Shown here one piece after another: positions 18,773-36,403 of a stretch of DNA of 64,000 bases (positions within the stretch are counted from its first letter, which is position 1; each line of letters opens with the position of its first letter). The translations under genes and the position numbers were made by a program. This DNA comes from Phoronis australis (taxonomy: Eukaryota; Animalia; Phoronida), in contig NMRA01000053.1 of the NCBI GenBank assembly GCA_002633005.1, positions 702,608 to 766,607 of the forward strand. The letters run 5' to 3'. The notes under the pieces are model-generated. The model was not told the DNA's origin and did no database searches. It worked only from the letters and a program-made list of their open reading frames with translations.

Positions 18773-21700
18773 ACTGTTCAACCCTCGCGTCAGGTCTCTT
18801 GCTCTTCAGCTCGCGTTTAAGTATTATTAATAAAACATAAAATGATTCCAGTGATCAGTGTAATGGGCCCAGATGAGATACCCGCATACCTCTGGCACAA
18901 TGTGTACCACGGCAGACCTCCTGCAATTTCAAGGCTCGTATCAGATAGGGGTCGAATTTTATCGCAGTTTAGGAATATAACGAGGCTGATTTTCTTGAGA
19001 AAAAGGCCTAATTTGGTTCTCGTTTTAAGCTCAACAGGGCAGAAATGCAGCGTAAATTGATTGAAAATTTAAAAAAATAAACCGATCTTCAAATAATTTA
19101 GGTTTAGACTTAAATTCAATCATAAGTTGGCATGAATGTCAGTCAATTTCTCAGTGGAAAACGGAAGAGGAATACAAACCCACAATTCTAGACAGATTAC
19201 TCCTCCACTGTTCTTCTGTTCTTCGTCTCTTTTCTCGCACACACTCAGGAGAGAGGTTAGCTGTTGTTTTTTTTTCACTCCGGCTTTGATTGACTTCCCT
19301 ACGGAGTCCCGCACGGGCGTTAGCGTATCACTCAATTCTCTCTGCTATTTTTTTCTCATAAACCGCAACCGAACTGGTAGATATGACGGTAAAGATTTAA
19401 TACGTATCCGAATATTTTGCATTTGATGTCCGATGGGGGCATTTTAAGTGGGTTGAATCTTCTCTGAACTTGTTCTGTCTGTGAAAACACACACAGAATC
19501 GCTATTCTAATCGGTGTCCAGAAAAGTATTTTGACTTCCTTTGCTTGAAAGTATTATTTGGGAAACAAATCTTAGTGGCCCATAAGCCGATTTTTTAAAC
19601 TTTAAAGAGTAGTCAAACATGCTCTTTAACGCAGCTTCAATCAATTTGCTTTATACAATAAAATTTAAAAAGTGATTATCTTTGAATTTGTTAAAAGGTT
19701 TTGATATTCAGGCTTTAAGGCCTGTGTGCAAATGAAACGTTTATAACGAATTATTGTCTAAAGCCTAAAGTTCAATAAAAAAACGACAGAGGACGCTCTA
19801 CAACAACACACATGCAGCGTCGACGGAAAAGTTAACTCGACTGACAAAGAGTCGAGAAGTAGGGTCTACCCGTAAGTCACTGGGTTCGTTCTCGCGAATA
19901 TTTCTGAACGGTAGCGGATTCAAATGGGTTTCACTTAGGTTTACAACTCGGTATGATAGCCTTAATTCAACCGGGGAGAGGAATAGTCCTATTCGCTTGA
20001 GTCTGTCATCATGATCAGGTGTGTATGCAAGTTAATGACCGACCTTTTCTTTTCGCAAATTAGAATTGAACGATTTACGAATATTCCTGCTGCGGATAGA
20101 GTTTGACTGTGTTAGCGCTTTGAAGTTTGATGTAAAATACACTTCAAACTTTTTCGTTCATGGAATTGCCGCCTGTCTGAATTTATTTTGTTAACATAAA
20201 GTAGAATACGGTATGAATAAATACACGGGATCTAAAAGAAAACGTGCAAGAAATCGAGAATAGCGGAGATGGCAACAAAAACTTTTGATGAAAAGGATGC
20301 CACGTTAAAATTCGAAAACTCATCTCCGCTGTCTACGTCAATGCTCCTCTTGATTGGTGCGAAACACTTGATACGTCCTTTGATAGGTGCAGGTTGTAAA
20401 AGACGCTTTTCAAAGAGGAATGTTATACAGCGTGAAAACAAGGGCACCCAGTTGCGAAGAATAAAAGTAAACCAAAGGGCTGGGAACTTTTGTTTACTCA
20501 AAATGGTTTACATGAATTGTGCTTTATTATACATTTCTGTTGTAGTGGTGTCTTTCTCTGCCGCTAAACGAAAATTGGTGAAGTATGACAGGCAACCCAA
20601 CCGTAGCGCTGCAACCATGTTACAAGTCATGTTCATGTTTTGTGAGAATGACGAAAATGCTTAAAGCGGCAAACCCCGCGTTTCGCCAAAAAACAACTTT
20701 CGGTTTAGACCATTTATCGTTACGAAATTGGTGTCAAAGAAATTTCCGTAGTCAACTTAGAGATCATTTTTGACTTGGAAAGAAGTGACAGTTCGTTATT
20801 GGTTGAGACTAGCCTCCCGTTCAGTAACGCTAGGACCTAGCTAAAAAGAAAGACTTCACGAGATTACGTGACACGTGCTGTCTATTTTAAATGAGAACAT
20901 GTGACTTTGGCTAGATAATAGCTAGGTCCTACCGTAGGTCCTGGCACTGCTGAAAACACGTCAGGCCACATATACGCTGCAGCCTTCAGTCAACAAACCA
21001 TCAGTGTAAACAGTAATCTACAGAACGTTTTTGATTAATTAAATACTAATAAATATCACTCATCACAAACAAAAACAAAAAAACAGGCATGCTCGGGAAA
21101 TTTTTAATACAACTGCTAAATTTCTTGGCATTCTTTCCATATTGAAATACTAATTTTCCTAACCATACACTCATGGTGATCTGCGTATATGCTGTTATTC
21201 TACCACATCGAAATTTTGGTTTAACACTGAGGAGGTTTAATAATTGTGGAAGAGTAAAGGTTTTATAGAAACATTAACAAGTCGTCGTTTTTGTTGAAAC
21301 AGAAACAATTTGCAGGGTAAACAAACCTGTTCTTCTTAATAAAAATTTTAAAAAGCGTTTAAAATAAAGTTGTAAATTCAACTTCAATCATAACCAGCTA
21401 CCTTTTAATGTTTACGATAATTTTCAGTCACAAATAGATCGTTCAACAATATACAGTCAACAACGGTTGTAAAAATATTGACTTACATACAAAATCGTGT
21501 TTAAATTCAACAATTTCTAAAGCTGCGTCCTCTTTGGATGGCTAGAACACGGCTAAATAACAAAGTTTTAGCTTTATACTCTCATAAAATCATTCTAATT
21601 AGAGGCCTTACCATCATTGCAATCTATTTCCGTTACCATCTAGAACGTTTAAACCATCAACAGACTCGAGAAATCAGTTGAGTGTGTTGGGACTAGCCAA

Positions 21701-22506
21701 CCCGAAAATTCTTGAGGGTACACTCACAGAGAGGCCCCAATGATGGAATTAATTTGCCTCCCTTTCCATTTTATAATGATCTAGCCTTTCAAATTGCAGT
21801 ATTTGGTCAGTATGCCTTTCTTATTCAGGGACCCTCTGATGCGAAGTTCTTTTTTTTGGAGGTACGGCCGGCGCATTTGCACCTTTGCCCTGTATAAATC
21901 CGAGTGGGAATAGAAATTTTTTGACTAATTTGGCACAAAACATGCTCATGTGAAGCCCAACGACGTCTAGTCAGATATGCCGCCAAGCAAACAAAAATGG
22001 GAATGTATAAATGTAATATTAAAATGGCATTGGCCGTAACTGAAAGAGCGAGATGGCTGATAGTCGATAATTCTGAATTTTACGAAGGTACTATTCTCGA
22101 TGGTATTGTTACAATAAAAACATCGGCACTTTTCAAATGAACATAAAAATGTTATTTCTTTGCAGGTCGTTCGAAGGCATTGTAGATGAAAGGATTTGCT
22201 CGTACGAAACTCGCTTTGTCTGTTACATTGTCAATCAATAGCATGATTTTGATATGGCCTTGCACAGTTAACATTTCTCACAGTGCAGTGAACTAGGATT
22301 TATGAGGATATTTTAGTACAAATTTCACTCATGAACCGAGTAAGCCAGAATTCACATTAACTAGAATAAGTTATGGAAATTTCTTGGGAGGCGGCTCCCA
22401 AACCCCTGTCAACTAAACTTGTCTACACGAATCCTTCCGAGAAAGTTACCCAAAAATTCCATGCTGTGAATTTGAAAAAGTCTTGCAATTTATGTAATTT
22501 ATAACC

Positions 22507-22653
22507 ATTGGCGGATTTACGGGGGGCTAGGTCCCCCTAAAATTCTCCGATTCGATGTGGCAGTTCGGGGATGTGAATGTCTGACGAGCAAAATACTAGC
22601 TAATACTCTGCCCTGCCCCCCAAGCCCCAACTCAAAATCTTGGATCCGCCCTG
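22507..22653. mobile_element. Short degenerate MITE with GGCGGAT...ATCCGCC inverted ends
   Basis: cattggcggatttac gggggg ... cccc ... ttggatccgccctg. TSD not evident. Confidence 0.5.
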
Positions 22654-23865
22654 ATTGATACTATGGGCAAGAATGTGTGCCCCATAGCAAATTCTAGTCA
22701 GGAACCTCCGGGTTCGCTGTTAAGCGCTCTGCTAAATCGCACTCGATAGATGGTGAATTTTTCTCCGTACTTCAAGGGCATGATAAGTACATGTAATAAA
22801 TACAGGAAACAACATCAGTGCGAGATCACACACGCAAATGCAGTCGAATGTTCTGCTGCTGTGCTTACTCCCACACGTACGTAATCAAATACTTTTTATG
22901 CGTATATATGCGATAGGCACCCCGATTTTAGCGATTGTCCGGGAGATCGCGGCAAAAGGCGGCGATTTGTATAAAATCACAAAAAACGCAACCGATTTTG
23001 TTGTAGGTTTATACAGTCTAATCCAAAATGAGTTTTTTGACCGTAAAACGATGTCCTTCTAACCGATGAACTCAACTTTGAAATCAGCGAGTGTTTGGCA
23101 GGCATAGGTGGGAACAGACAATTGCTCATAAAATCAAAAAACAAGGACTGATATGGTGTAATAGCTGATAAAGGTCACTTCCAGAAGCCAATCCCAAAAA
23201 TGAGCAGAAGAAGCAATATCTGCCATTTAACCCAAAAACATACATACCGAAGAAATGCAGTTTTTTAACGACTGCATGCGTGTTAAGTCACTTTCTTGAA
23301 GTCTTTCCACTTGTTATCAATCCCACTTAAACTCCTGCGTAAAACTATCCGCTCTTTTCGATTGCGTAACGTGGAGCTTTTCTACCGTTTTAGGTATTCG
23401 CAAGACACTCTTGCACACGTCGCGTAAAATTCAGCTGGTTATAAGCAAACGTTGCAAACGACAGCAGGCCGTTTCTAATTTTTTTAAGTGCATTTCATGA
23501 AGCTCTTTTTGAGTAAAAATATATCTGATATTTTGGCAGAAACTGTTCCCAGATGCGCAAAATTAAACACCACAAGTCCTCATACAAAATGTATTATATA
23601 CAAATAATAAATATATATAAACAAGCAACTCTAAACCCCACAAAGGGATTTACTCAGCAAAACCGCACAGTTGTCAATAGAATTTTAACCAATGGGTATT
23701 AAAAGTGGCTAAACTACGTTCCATGAGTCACACTATCTACACGACTTTTAACAGGTCATTAGTGAAAATTCTACTAAAACCATCTCAACTGAAAGAATTT
23801 GGTTATCAGGAAAAGATCGATTGTTAACAAGGGATTGATGATGAAAGACCTTTGGTTGTCATTGC

Positions 23866-25138
<1,273 letters not shown>

Positions 25139-25186
25139 CTAGAAAAAGCATCAACGTTACACGTTATTTCGTAGAGCTAAAACGTG

Positions 25187-25806
25187 NNNNNNNNNNNNNN
25201 NNNNNNNNNNNNNNNNNNNNNNNNNNNNNNNNNNNNNNNNNNNNNNNNNNNNNNNNNNNNNNNNNNNNNNNNNNNNNNNNNNNNNNNNNNNNNNNNNNNN
25301 NNNNNNNNNNNNNNNNNNNNNNNNNNNNNNNNNNNNNNNNNNNNNNNNNNNNNNNNNNNNNNNNNNNNNNNNNNNNNNNNNNNNNNNNNNNNNNNNNNNN
25401 NNNNNNNNNNNNNNNNNNNNNNNNNNNNNNNNNNNNNNNNNNNNNNNNNNNNNNNNNNNNNNNNNNNNNNNNNNNNNNNNNNNNNNNNNNNNNNNNNNNN
25501 NNNNNNNNNNNNNNNNNNNNNNNNNNNNNNNNNNNNNNNNNNNNNNNNNNNNNNNNNNNNNNNNNNNNNNNNNNNNNNNNNNNNNNNNNNNNNNNNNNNN
25601 NNNNNNNNNNNNNNNNNNNNNNNNNNNNNNNNNNNNNNNNNNNNNNNNNNNNNNNNNNNNNNNNNNNNNNNNNNNNNNNNNNNNNNNNNNNNNNNNNNNN
25701 NNNNNNNNNNNNNNNNNNNNNNNNNNNNNNNNNNNNNNNNNNNNNNNNNNNNNNNNNNNNNNNNNNNNNNNNNNNNNNNNNNNNNNNNNNNNNNNNNNNN
25801 NNNNNN
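25187..25806. other. Assembly gap (N run)
   Basis: 620 N characters. Confidence 1.
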
Positions 25807-28800
25807 TGGTGTTATGATTAGGGCATCCGAAATCGTTATCGAGTTATGTTTGCTATTTCAGAATTCCACAGTTAATCCGCCCAGCACGCCCGGATGCGTG
25901 TCAGTTTATCTACGATAAACAGTGTCAAGACAGATTATTCATGACGGAGAAAAATTGTTACATAGTGGCCGACGAGATGAGCAACCTAAACAAAGAAGGG
26001 AGGGGGGTCGTTCGGATGACCCTGAGATTACATACCCTTGTGAAATTCATTTTGTTTAGAATTCATTGACATGTGGGAACCGAACCAATGCGACCTGTAG
26101 CGATCATTTTGCATCATTCATTTATCCCGTGAGTCAAAATTGAACGTCTTACCCATTGTTGAGGAACAAACAACAGATTCTGAGGCAAAAGCAAATTGAA
26201 ATGCCTTCATATAAGACGAGTACCGCGTCACGAATAACAGTCAGTTAAGCATTATGTTCGTTTTGTCCACTGGTACACCAGTGACAGTATCGTCTAAATG
26301 CATTCATTTATGCCGCATTAGTTCCAGACTGTGGGTAAAAGCAAGTTGTATAGTTTTACTTGAATTAATAATACCACAGTTGCCAATTGTGACTCATATC
26401 CAGGCTTGTCGGTCATATTTTTGCAGTAGAGATGATGATGAGCGACACAAGAGATAAGCCAGATAATTCCATGCCGATTTTAGCATTCTTGACAACAGCG
26501 CTAGTTATTAACATCATTGTAGTGGATTTGTCATGTAGACCTCGACACAGTTGAGTCATGTTGTATTAGTTTCGATGGTATGACTAACGTCTCAAGAAGA
26601 ATCGATCCATGCCAGTCATGGAATGGGTCTCATATGAAAGTCTCTCTCAGCAACGTTAATTACTCTATCATTTAATTATAGGAATGAATATGATTACGTC
26701 ATCCTCTATGGAACCCGTCGGCAGAATACGAACACCCAAGACTTCGATCCGCCTTCAAAACAAGCCCTGTGCCGGGTGCTGACTGATTGTCGCCAAGAGC
26801 GAGCTGCAGGAATTTGAGAACAAACTATCTCTCGCTTTTAAGGAGACTGACCCTTTCTCGAAATTCGTGATTAATTCATTATATGCATACATACATGTGT
26901 CATGTTTGTATTAATGTAATATTTATGTCCATTTTGGGCGTCAGCGTGTGTGTGCACGGACTATATTGTATGCACATATGGATTCGGTTTCAAGGAAAAC
27001 TAAATTTAAGAAATCATTTGGTTTTTTATTTTTTTATTGTACGCCGGAAGTTTCTGACCCCGACTCTTATCTTCCAGTAGTTCACAAAATACGACCCTGT
27101 GCGTTTTGCCTGAAAACTAGTCACTTTTATTCTGCTATTATTACCGGATTTTTTATTTTATCTTAAGAAATTATTCAAGAAGTGATGCAATTACTGCCCG
27201 GAAAAATCGAAACATGTTATTATTAATTACTACTACAGCCAATCTCGTCCGTCGACGCCCTAATTTGCATGACGTAGAGCAAACAACGCTGGCGTGTACT
27301 ATCTTACTGATACGTGGAATGAGTTATCTCCACAGCGTTGCCACATGCCGGTATTTTGATACGAAAAAGCGTGACCTTATCATGTAATATAGCTCATAAA
27401 AACAATGACCAGTGATAACTTAGAATTTCGATAACTGCGCTGCATTTCTGCCGTTTCTCTTTCTCGTAGTTTTAACCGATATTCACCGACATATCCCAGG
27501 ACTTTCCTGGGCCTGGGTTTCCAAGGCAACGGTCGCAGTGATTCACTCGGCTTTCGAAACCTGACTTTAGGGAGAGCGCATGTAATATAAAATTCAAAAT
27601 TTAGAAAGATACAGTACCTCTGAAAAATTATTTTGAGTAAGAATGTCGATTTGTTATCAGGATTCACTCCCCACACTAGTTTGAGTGATAATTCTGTATA
27701 ACACTGAATTACCACTTGATTCTCCACGCGCACGTAGTAAATTATTATGTTGCGCGTTGCATCCACCTAATTAAGTGACATTTTCCCCACACCGGCTCAT
27801 TCATTACCTAAAATTTCAAATCTCGAATTAAAACCCGTTCTTTACTGAATACGAGTTTTGACTCACAAAATGTTGCCGCTGCTAGATTTCAACGGCTTCT
27901 CATTGTTTGATAGTACTTGGTGAGACGACTCGCGGATGTCATGAAATACATGATTTATTTTTACTAACGAGCAGGTCTCGACACCCGGTTCAGCAAGCAT
28001 CTGTCGCATCTCCGGTCCTCTGAGCCTAGAATCGGTGATTGCCAAAGATGCAACAATTATAGGTCATATGGTGTCTTTTACGTTGTTCCCGGATACTAAT
28101 GCTGTCGACAAATTAATACAAAATAAATAATTTCCGTTCCCAATATATGACAATCACTGTTCATTACAATTACAACTATAGCTTATCGGTTTATCGAAGT
28201 TCAGAGCAAAAACATCATTCGTTTTAGCCACTGATATTGTAGTTGTCTTAAAATCTTACAACTACAATATTTTTTAACTCTTTGCGTTGCAACAACTATG
28301 TAACTGCGCACGTATAAATAATTCATTTCATACTGTTTTGCATTGATTTCACTTGAAGTGCATCTGTTGCCGAGATGTAATATTAATTCGCCGAGTGCTG
28401 GACGTTAATATTTCTGTCGCTTCAAACGTTCAATTCCTTTCTCTGACACTTCTAGCGGCAACTACAGATATAACTACATGACACTGCATCACACAACCCA
28501 CTTTGAAGACGAAAATTGTTAAACTAATAAGTTTCGAGTCCTTCGATATTTAGAATCGGGGTCGTGTAACTTTTAGAAAAATAGGAAGCAATCATGAGAC
28601 TGCATCTCCAATTAAACTCACAGGATGAGCGAGCTTTCAGTTACTGGGCCATCTCTTCTCACAGGTATACTAATAAAATTGCCCGTAATTAACGAGGTCT
28701 ATTTTACCAGGTTGGGCGTTACGCGCTAAGGTTTTTGAGTCCAGGGGCAAAAATCTCCTAAATAAATGACTGTACCCCGAACCTTATGAGCAAGTCTGCG

Positions 28801-31683
28801 GGATATTTTTGTGCTTCACTGTTTTCACCAGCCGGCTGTGCTGTGTGCAGCAAAAAAATTAAAATACACATCCTTTTAGAATGTGAACACAAAAAACCTA
28901 TCAGTTGGTATCTTCAAACAAAAGATGAGCCACCTTTTCTTTTATTTAGCGCCCCTGTTTGTTTCTATAACACCCAAAAGTGACCCTACTGTGGGAAATT
29001 GAAATATGGGTGTGAAAAACTAAGCTAATCTGAGTCGAGGATTGTACGCACCTAGTGTTGGAACAACCCTGATCTGTTATGACTGCAACAAACTTGAGCT
29101 TTAAAATACGACATCGACATCTTGTGAGACTAAAAATATCATACCTAACAGTCAGTTATTACTTGTCTTATCGTGGTTAACAGTTGAGTACATGTCCTTT
29201 GTTCCCTAATTTCGCATCACAATAGGCAGTTTCAATGATGCGCACATGCGTGGTGGGCGAACATTATTAAATTCCGAATCGTTTTCTTGAGGCTGATTTC
29301 GATGTTCTTGGAGGTAACGGAGATAGAATACCACGATGGTAAAAGACTGACTATGTGAGAGTAAAAGGCCAAATTCGATTTTGTGGTGAAAATCTTCGCT
29401 TATAGAAAGAAAAACGTGAATTCTGTCCCATAATTCGCAAGAAACCTGGTCCCCGGAAAGCTACCTAATATTGCTTCTTGATGATGACTTCCAACTTCCA
29501 GATCAATCAAAATTGCATGATGACAGTAGATTAATAAATATAAAAAAAGTTATTGGAGTTAAGTACTTCACTTGTAAACAGACGCCGTCGCAAGTTACTG
29601 GTACGAAATGCATCGGTATGCATTTGTCATGAGTAGGCCTCATGGATTAAATTCAAGCACTTCATCATTAATGATGACCAACAGTCAGCGCTGTCCTCAG
29701 TGGAAAAATGATGGTACGGCGGTGAACATAAAGCAAAAACAAAGACGTAAACAATATTGTGACTACGTGCCGTTACAAGGTACGTTATTTTTCCAGAAAT
29801 AGATAATTGCGAGATATTTACTTAAGTTTAGACAATATTGCGAAAATTGAAATTTTCTGAGAGGCGCCAGGCTGGAAAAAGACGACCCGAGACCACGTCA
29901 ACCGGCCGCATTTCTCTGGACGGCACATCGCCTGTCAGTGAAATGACCACTGAGTGACGATAACATCGCGACAATACATGGCAGGCATTCTGTTGCACCA
30001 AAGGTCATCACTTAACTCGCCTGTAAACAATGAAGTCGGTACGGTGACTGTACTGATGACACACTCGGCCAACTGGCTCACCCAGCTCGCGATTCAAACT
30101 GTAACAGGCAGAATTGAAGAGCGCGTCCCGCATCATTTGTGCAAAAATCACTGCTGGCATAGACGCACTTTTTAGTCCTCTGATAGCATATACCGGCCCC
30201 CGCAACTTTCCGCCTGTGCTGCATATACAGTCGCGCTTTCCCCAATTCCCCGAGGCAACATGTAGACCTCGTAATTTATTGCTGTTTGTTGTGTTTGAAT
30301 ACAGTCAACGGGTACATATTAAAATATTATTAAATAACGAATTATTGTGTAGGGTTTAACAACCTGCAAAATAATTGTTCTATGGGAAATGTTTACTCTT
30401 TCGCATTAATCTAAAACGGTAGAGATTCCTGTTGACAGATCTACAAATTCTAACTACACTCAGTTAACGTTGTTGACATGCTTAAAGATGAGTGGGTAGG
30501 AGCGAAGCCCCCGGACACTGAAATCGGACGATCTCGCCTTCTGCCAACATACCAACCAAGCTTGGGGTAAACTTCAGTAGACGCACTCCACTGAACACTC
30601 CTTGCTAAGTTGTTTGCCGTGTGACCGACTAATGTTTGCGAGTTGTTTTCTCATTGCCAACTATTTTGTGAGAACTGTTTTTTTCATGATTGTCTTCGTT
30701 GATAGTCATGTATTGAATTTCATAACCACTCACTTCCGTTTTTCTTGAGAATTGTACACGACGTGTTTTCTCATGACCAGGAAACGAACGCGGAAGAATT
30801 ATTTCCTTGTCTAACTTGAAACTCGTGACAGGGAAAATCTCCGTTTTTCGCCGGTGTCATTTCAAGTTGCATTTCATTCCGATCCCATTTTCCAATATTG
30901 AAACAATTAAGATAATCAACGATATTAATCTGGATTCAACATTTTCCTCACCATTGTAGTAATTGATTTCAGGGATTGAAAGTGCCGATTAATTAACTGA
31001 AGCCGCCCTCGTTCAAACGGGATAGCTTACCCTTTCAATTTATAATCGTCTTTACTTGAAGCCTTGGCCGGCGAATCGTTGGGGGACACTCGTCTCAATA
31101 TTGATTGTATATGTCAGTATGGCATATTGAGTATGGCGATGTGACACAGTTGGTAATTCACATTCTTGTAATAACTACACTACAGGAATGTTGACGAGAC
31201 GAGGACTGTGAGCGCTTAGCTAAATGCACCGGCCGTAAGCTGGTCTGTTTTCTGTCTGCATAGTGCCATGCAGGTGGTTATAGTACAGACCTTATACACT
31301 GACTGCTCACGATAATTATCCACCAAGTGTCGGGTGAAATCGTTTACCTTTAGAACGGAATTATATTTTCTGAAGAAAGATTTTTCGTAGATGTTAACAT
31401 GTTAACTCCGATTGTGCTACCCAAAATTTACCACCTAAACAAACCCCCGTTGTTTGATTGACCTCGACGATTCGACAAGTGTCCGCTTATCGAAGCTCAG
31501 GTGGATTCACGAAAAGCAAATCACCATCATATACGCAGCGGGTCCGACACCTTTCGGAATGTATTGCGATACGTCGAGTATACCTTCATTGTTCGACGAA
31601 AATACGTATGAGCCAGGATCTTTAAAAACACGATGAGTAACACCATTCAGCCGCTGATAAAGCCAGAAGCAGTCGTCACATTA

Positions 31684-31716
31684 CCATAAAAGGAGCGGTG
31701 ACATAACCATATATGG
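31684..31716 (+). promoter_or_regulatory. Two perfect CArG boxes in the actin 3 promoter
   Basis: CCATAAAAGG (31684-31693) and CCATATATGG (31707-31716), about 170-200 bp upstream of the ATG. TATA-like TATAGAA near 31779. SRF sites are canonical for actin promoters. Confidence 0.8.
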
Positions 31717-31882
31717 ATATCACGTGACCAAGAATTCCGAGAACTGGGGTTATCACTATTGATTGTTTGCGCAGCGGATATAGAAGAACACGTGTTTTGT
31801 CAGGCGCGCCTCACTTCGACTCTCGGAGCTCTACTGTTTGGGTGTTTTCGATTCTGTGTGCATATATCTTCAGAAAACAAAA

Positions 31883-33710
<1,828 letters not shown>

Positions 33711-36253
33711 ACTTTCCTATACATCAGTCTCCTGATTTCTTAAGTTGCAATCCAATATTGATACAGCACACACGTTGCCTTTGTTGTCATTGTTATTTGC
33801 TGAAATTGTTAAAGGTAAATATTTTATAGTTTTGCTAACTTGTTATTGTATATGCACCTGAATCGAAACAATAAAACCAAAGACAAATTGCGTTGTTTTA
33901 TTGCCTTTCCCTGGAGTTGCGAATGTCTGGTAATAAAGAAATATTTGCAAGCCACTCCGCTACAACTGTGTGGGTTATTAAATATGGGAAGACAGATGTC
34001 CTGGCTTGTCAACTAGGCAAACTTGTGAAATAGTTGCTACACTCTCGTTGCGATTAAACATAACCTTTGATTTCGGCCTTTTGTTATAAAATTGGTGTTT
34101 GCCTGTTGCGGTTTTTGGTAGGCGGGGATTATTGGACTAGGAAAGAACAGGCTGTCTATTATTTCATAGCCTTAAGTTATATGGAGGCTCGTAAGTGGTT
34201 GCTCTAGAACACCGTGTGTACAAAACAATAATTGAAAATTCGATGTTTGTAATTCCGTGCCTAACTTAGATGGAAGACGCGATTTAAGTTCAATCTGACT
34301 AAATGGGCTGTGCGTGCAGATTTGACCGCCCCCTATTGCCTATGGAACGAAGTGCTCAGCGATCGTCAGGTTATTGATATCTCGTGACCATGAAAAACTT
34401 CCTGGTCCACCGTATCTGTTTCAAGAGTGACATAATCAATCTTTGTCGAATGTCGTCAAATTAAGCTCCTCCATAGTCGATCGTTTTTGTTTTAATCCTA
34501 TGATTTATTCAAATAAACGTATCTCTCTACAGTTGCTTACTTGAATTACCTTCATTCCGTGCAAAAGATAACTGTGCCCACGTCCCCATGGCTCGGATAC
34601 GCCACAGGGTGTCGTCTCACTCAGATTGGATTCGTCATTTGATTTTTACTCAAACGCAAACCTGCCAGTTGGCGTACGCAGTCGCCTTTGACGGCTCATC
34701 TCAAAAAGGTGTGTCCGCTGGACGCAGGCGATCCAAATCCGACCGCGTCCGAGTGCCGCGATCCTTTCATCAAGCGAAGGAGGAATATATTTGTTTTCTC
34801 CTGATTACTGAGATACATCCGTTTTTCAATGAATTTTACCATCACATCCTATCTTTGTAGATTACACCGTTCTGTTAGTCTGTTCTAAGTAATTTTTTTC
34901 CGGTGCTCGAATTTCAGTTGCGTCGAAATAGGCCTACTATTAACAAATGGAAGGCCATTCGTTGTTCGATTGAGTGGGACCAGCCGATTCACTTTATCAT
35001 GCTTCAACGAGTTATCTTCTATCACAACAGAGTATTGTTTCACGTGCTGAATAATCGCTGAAAAGCGATAACAAAGTAGGATTGAAACGCGGAATTTGAA
35101 CCAAGATTTCTAATACTAGACGCGGCCGGCGGGGATTTCCCATGATATATTTGTTACTCGATGCCATGATAGAGTTGGTTTTGTGCAGCGTTAGTTTTCT
35201 GACAGCTTTCACTTCCTGATTTGTGAACTTGCCGAAATGACTGACGTATTATACTGCTATCTTTCACGTTTGAAAAGGACTAATTGTTATTTTGTTACTT
35301 AATTTTGTACCAAATCAACTAATTGAAGTCCGACAACTTCTTAAAAATAGCTGAAATAACGTAACTGTTTCACTTAAAACTGCACAACTTTTTGTTTTGA
35401 AATCCGATGTCATTTGCAATGTGTCTTTTAATTCATACAGAAAAATAATGTCATGATTACTCAGTGACAGTTGTGACTCGATTTTGGGAGGTCTTTGTTA
35501 TAAAAATGACGAAGGAAAAACTCTATTAACTTGTGAGCATGAGACTATGAGGGAATCCTATAGTACTTCATAAGACAATGAACCCGTCTTCTGTCGAAAA
35601 GTACTTTTGGTTCAGATCACTCACCGTAACAAAAAGGCAGTACACTAGGTCACTTGTCGCTGAGTTCACTGACATACAACGGAAAACCTAGGACCAATAT
35701 CAATGTATATTACTCCCAGAGAAAACTGAGTTAAAATAGAACGGAAAACGTTAATAATATTTTCTAATTCGATTTCCAGTAAAAAGATAAATTCCGACCT
35801 CAGGCATAGCTCGTGTACGACATGTTAGACATCGACGTATTTTCTATTCTTTCAGTTCATCAATTATTTGATAGGTAGCTCATAAAGACTAGACGAAAAA
35901 CACAACAATTGCCGAACATGAAATATGTTAACGTCGACACTGACAAAATTTATTATGTAAATAGGTGCTTTTTTGAAAACTCTTTCGCGGGAACACAAAG
36001 ATACCCACTTACGGTATTGCGCGGGTAGATAACCAGCCAGTCGGTAAAAGTTTCTTACTAACAGGCGCCGTCTCTCCTCAGATCACGTGAGCACAGTTTG
36101 CTTTTGTTCGATATTAACAATTCCGTGCATAATAGCTTCAACTTAGCCGAGGTTATCGATCTACTACACCTCGTTTACCGGTAGGCCCTTCAGTAAATAT
36201 ACTGCAAGAAATGTATGTAGGAGAGATGCAGTCCAGTGACAGTGAACTTAGGG

Positions 36254-36260
36254 TATAAAA
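36254..36260 (+). promoter_or_regulatory. TATA box upstream of the divergent actin
   Basis: TATAAAA about 150 bp upstream of the ATG at 36404. Confidence 0.5.
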
Positions 36261-36403
36261 CCAAGAAGTGTACGGGAACTAGGATTCGAGATCGATACCT
36301 GTCTACGTCATTCAGACAGACCTGTGTGTGTGTATAGATAACAATCCACGAACTTCACTTTTGAGCAGTGAGCGCTTGGTTAGTGTCGGGACACCTTGAC
36401 AAC

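Noticed and set aside
18721-18790. Possible tRNA gene
   Set aside because: Only the T-arm/B-box is present; no cloverleaf can be built.
19000-23500. Short ORFs between actin 1 and actin 2 (for example 20269..20664)
   Set aside because: No recognisable motifs or consistent exon chain; probably old repeat debris.
25184-25918. 244-aa ORF, and ORFs at 56636..56906 and 38933..39187
   Set aside because: They run through N gaps and are artefacts.
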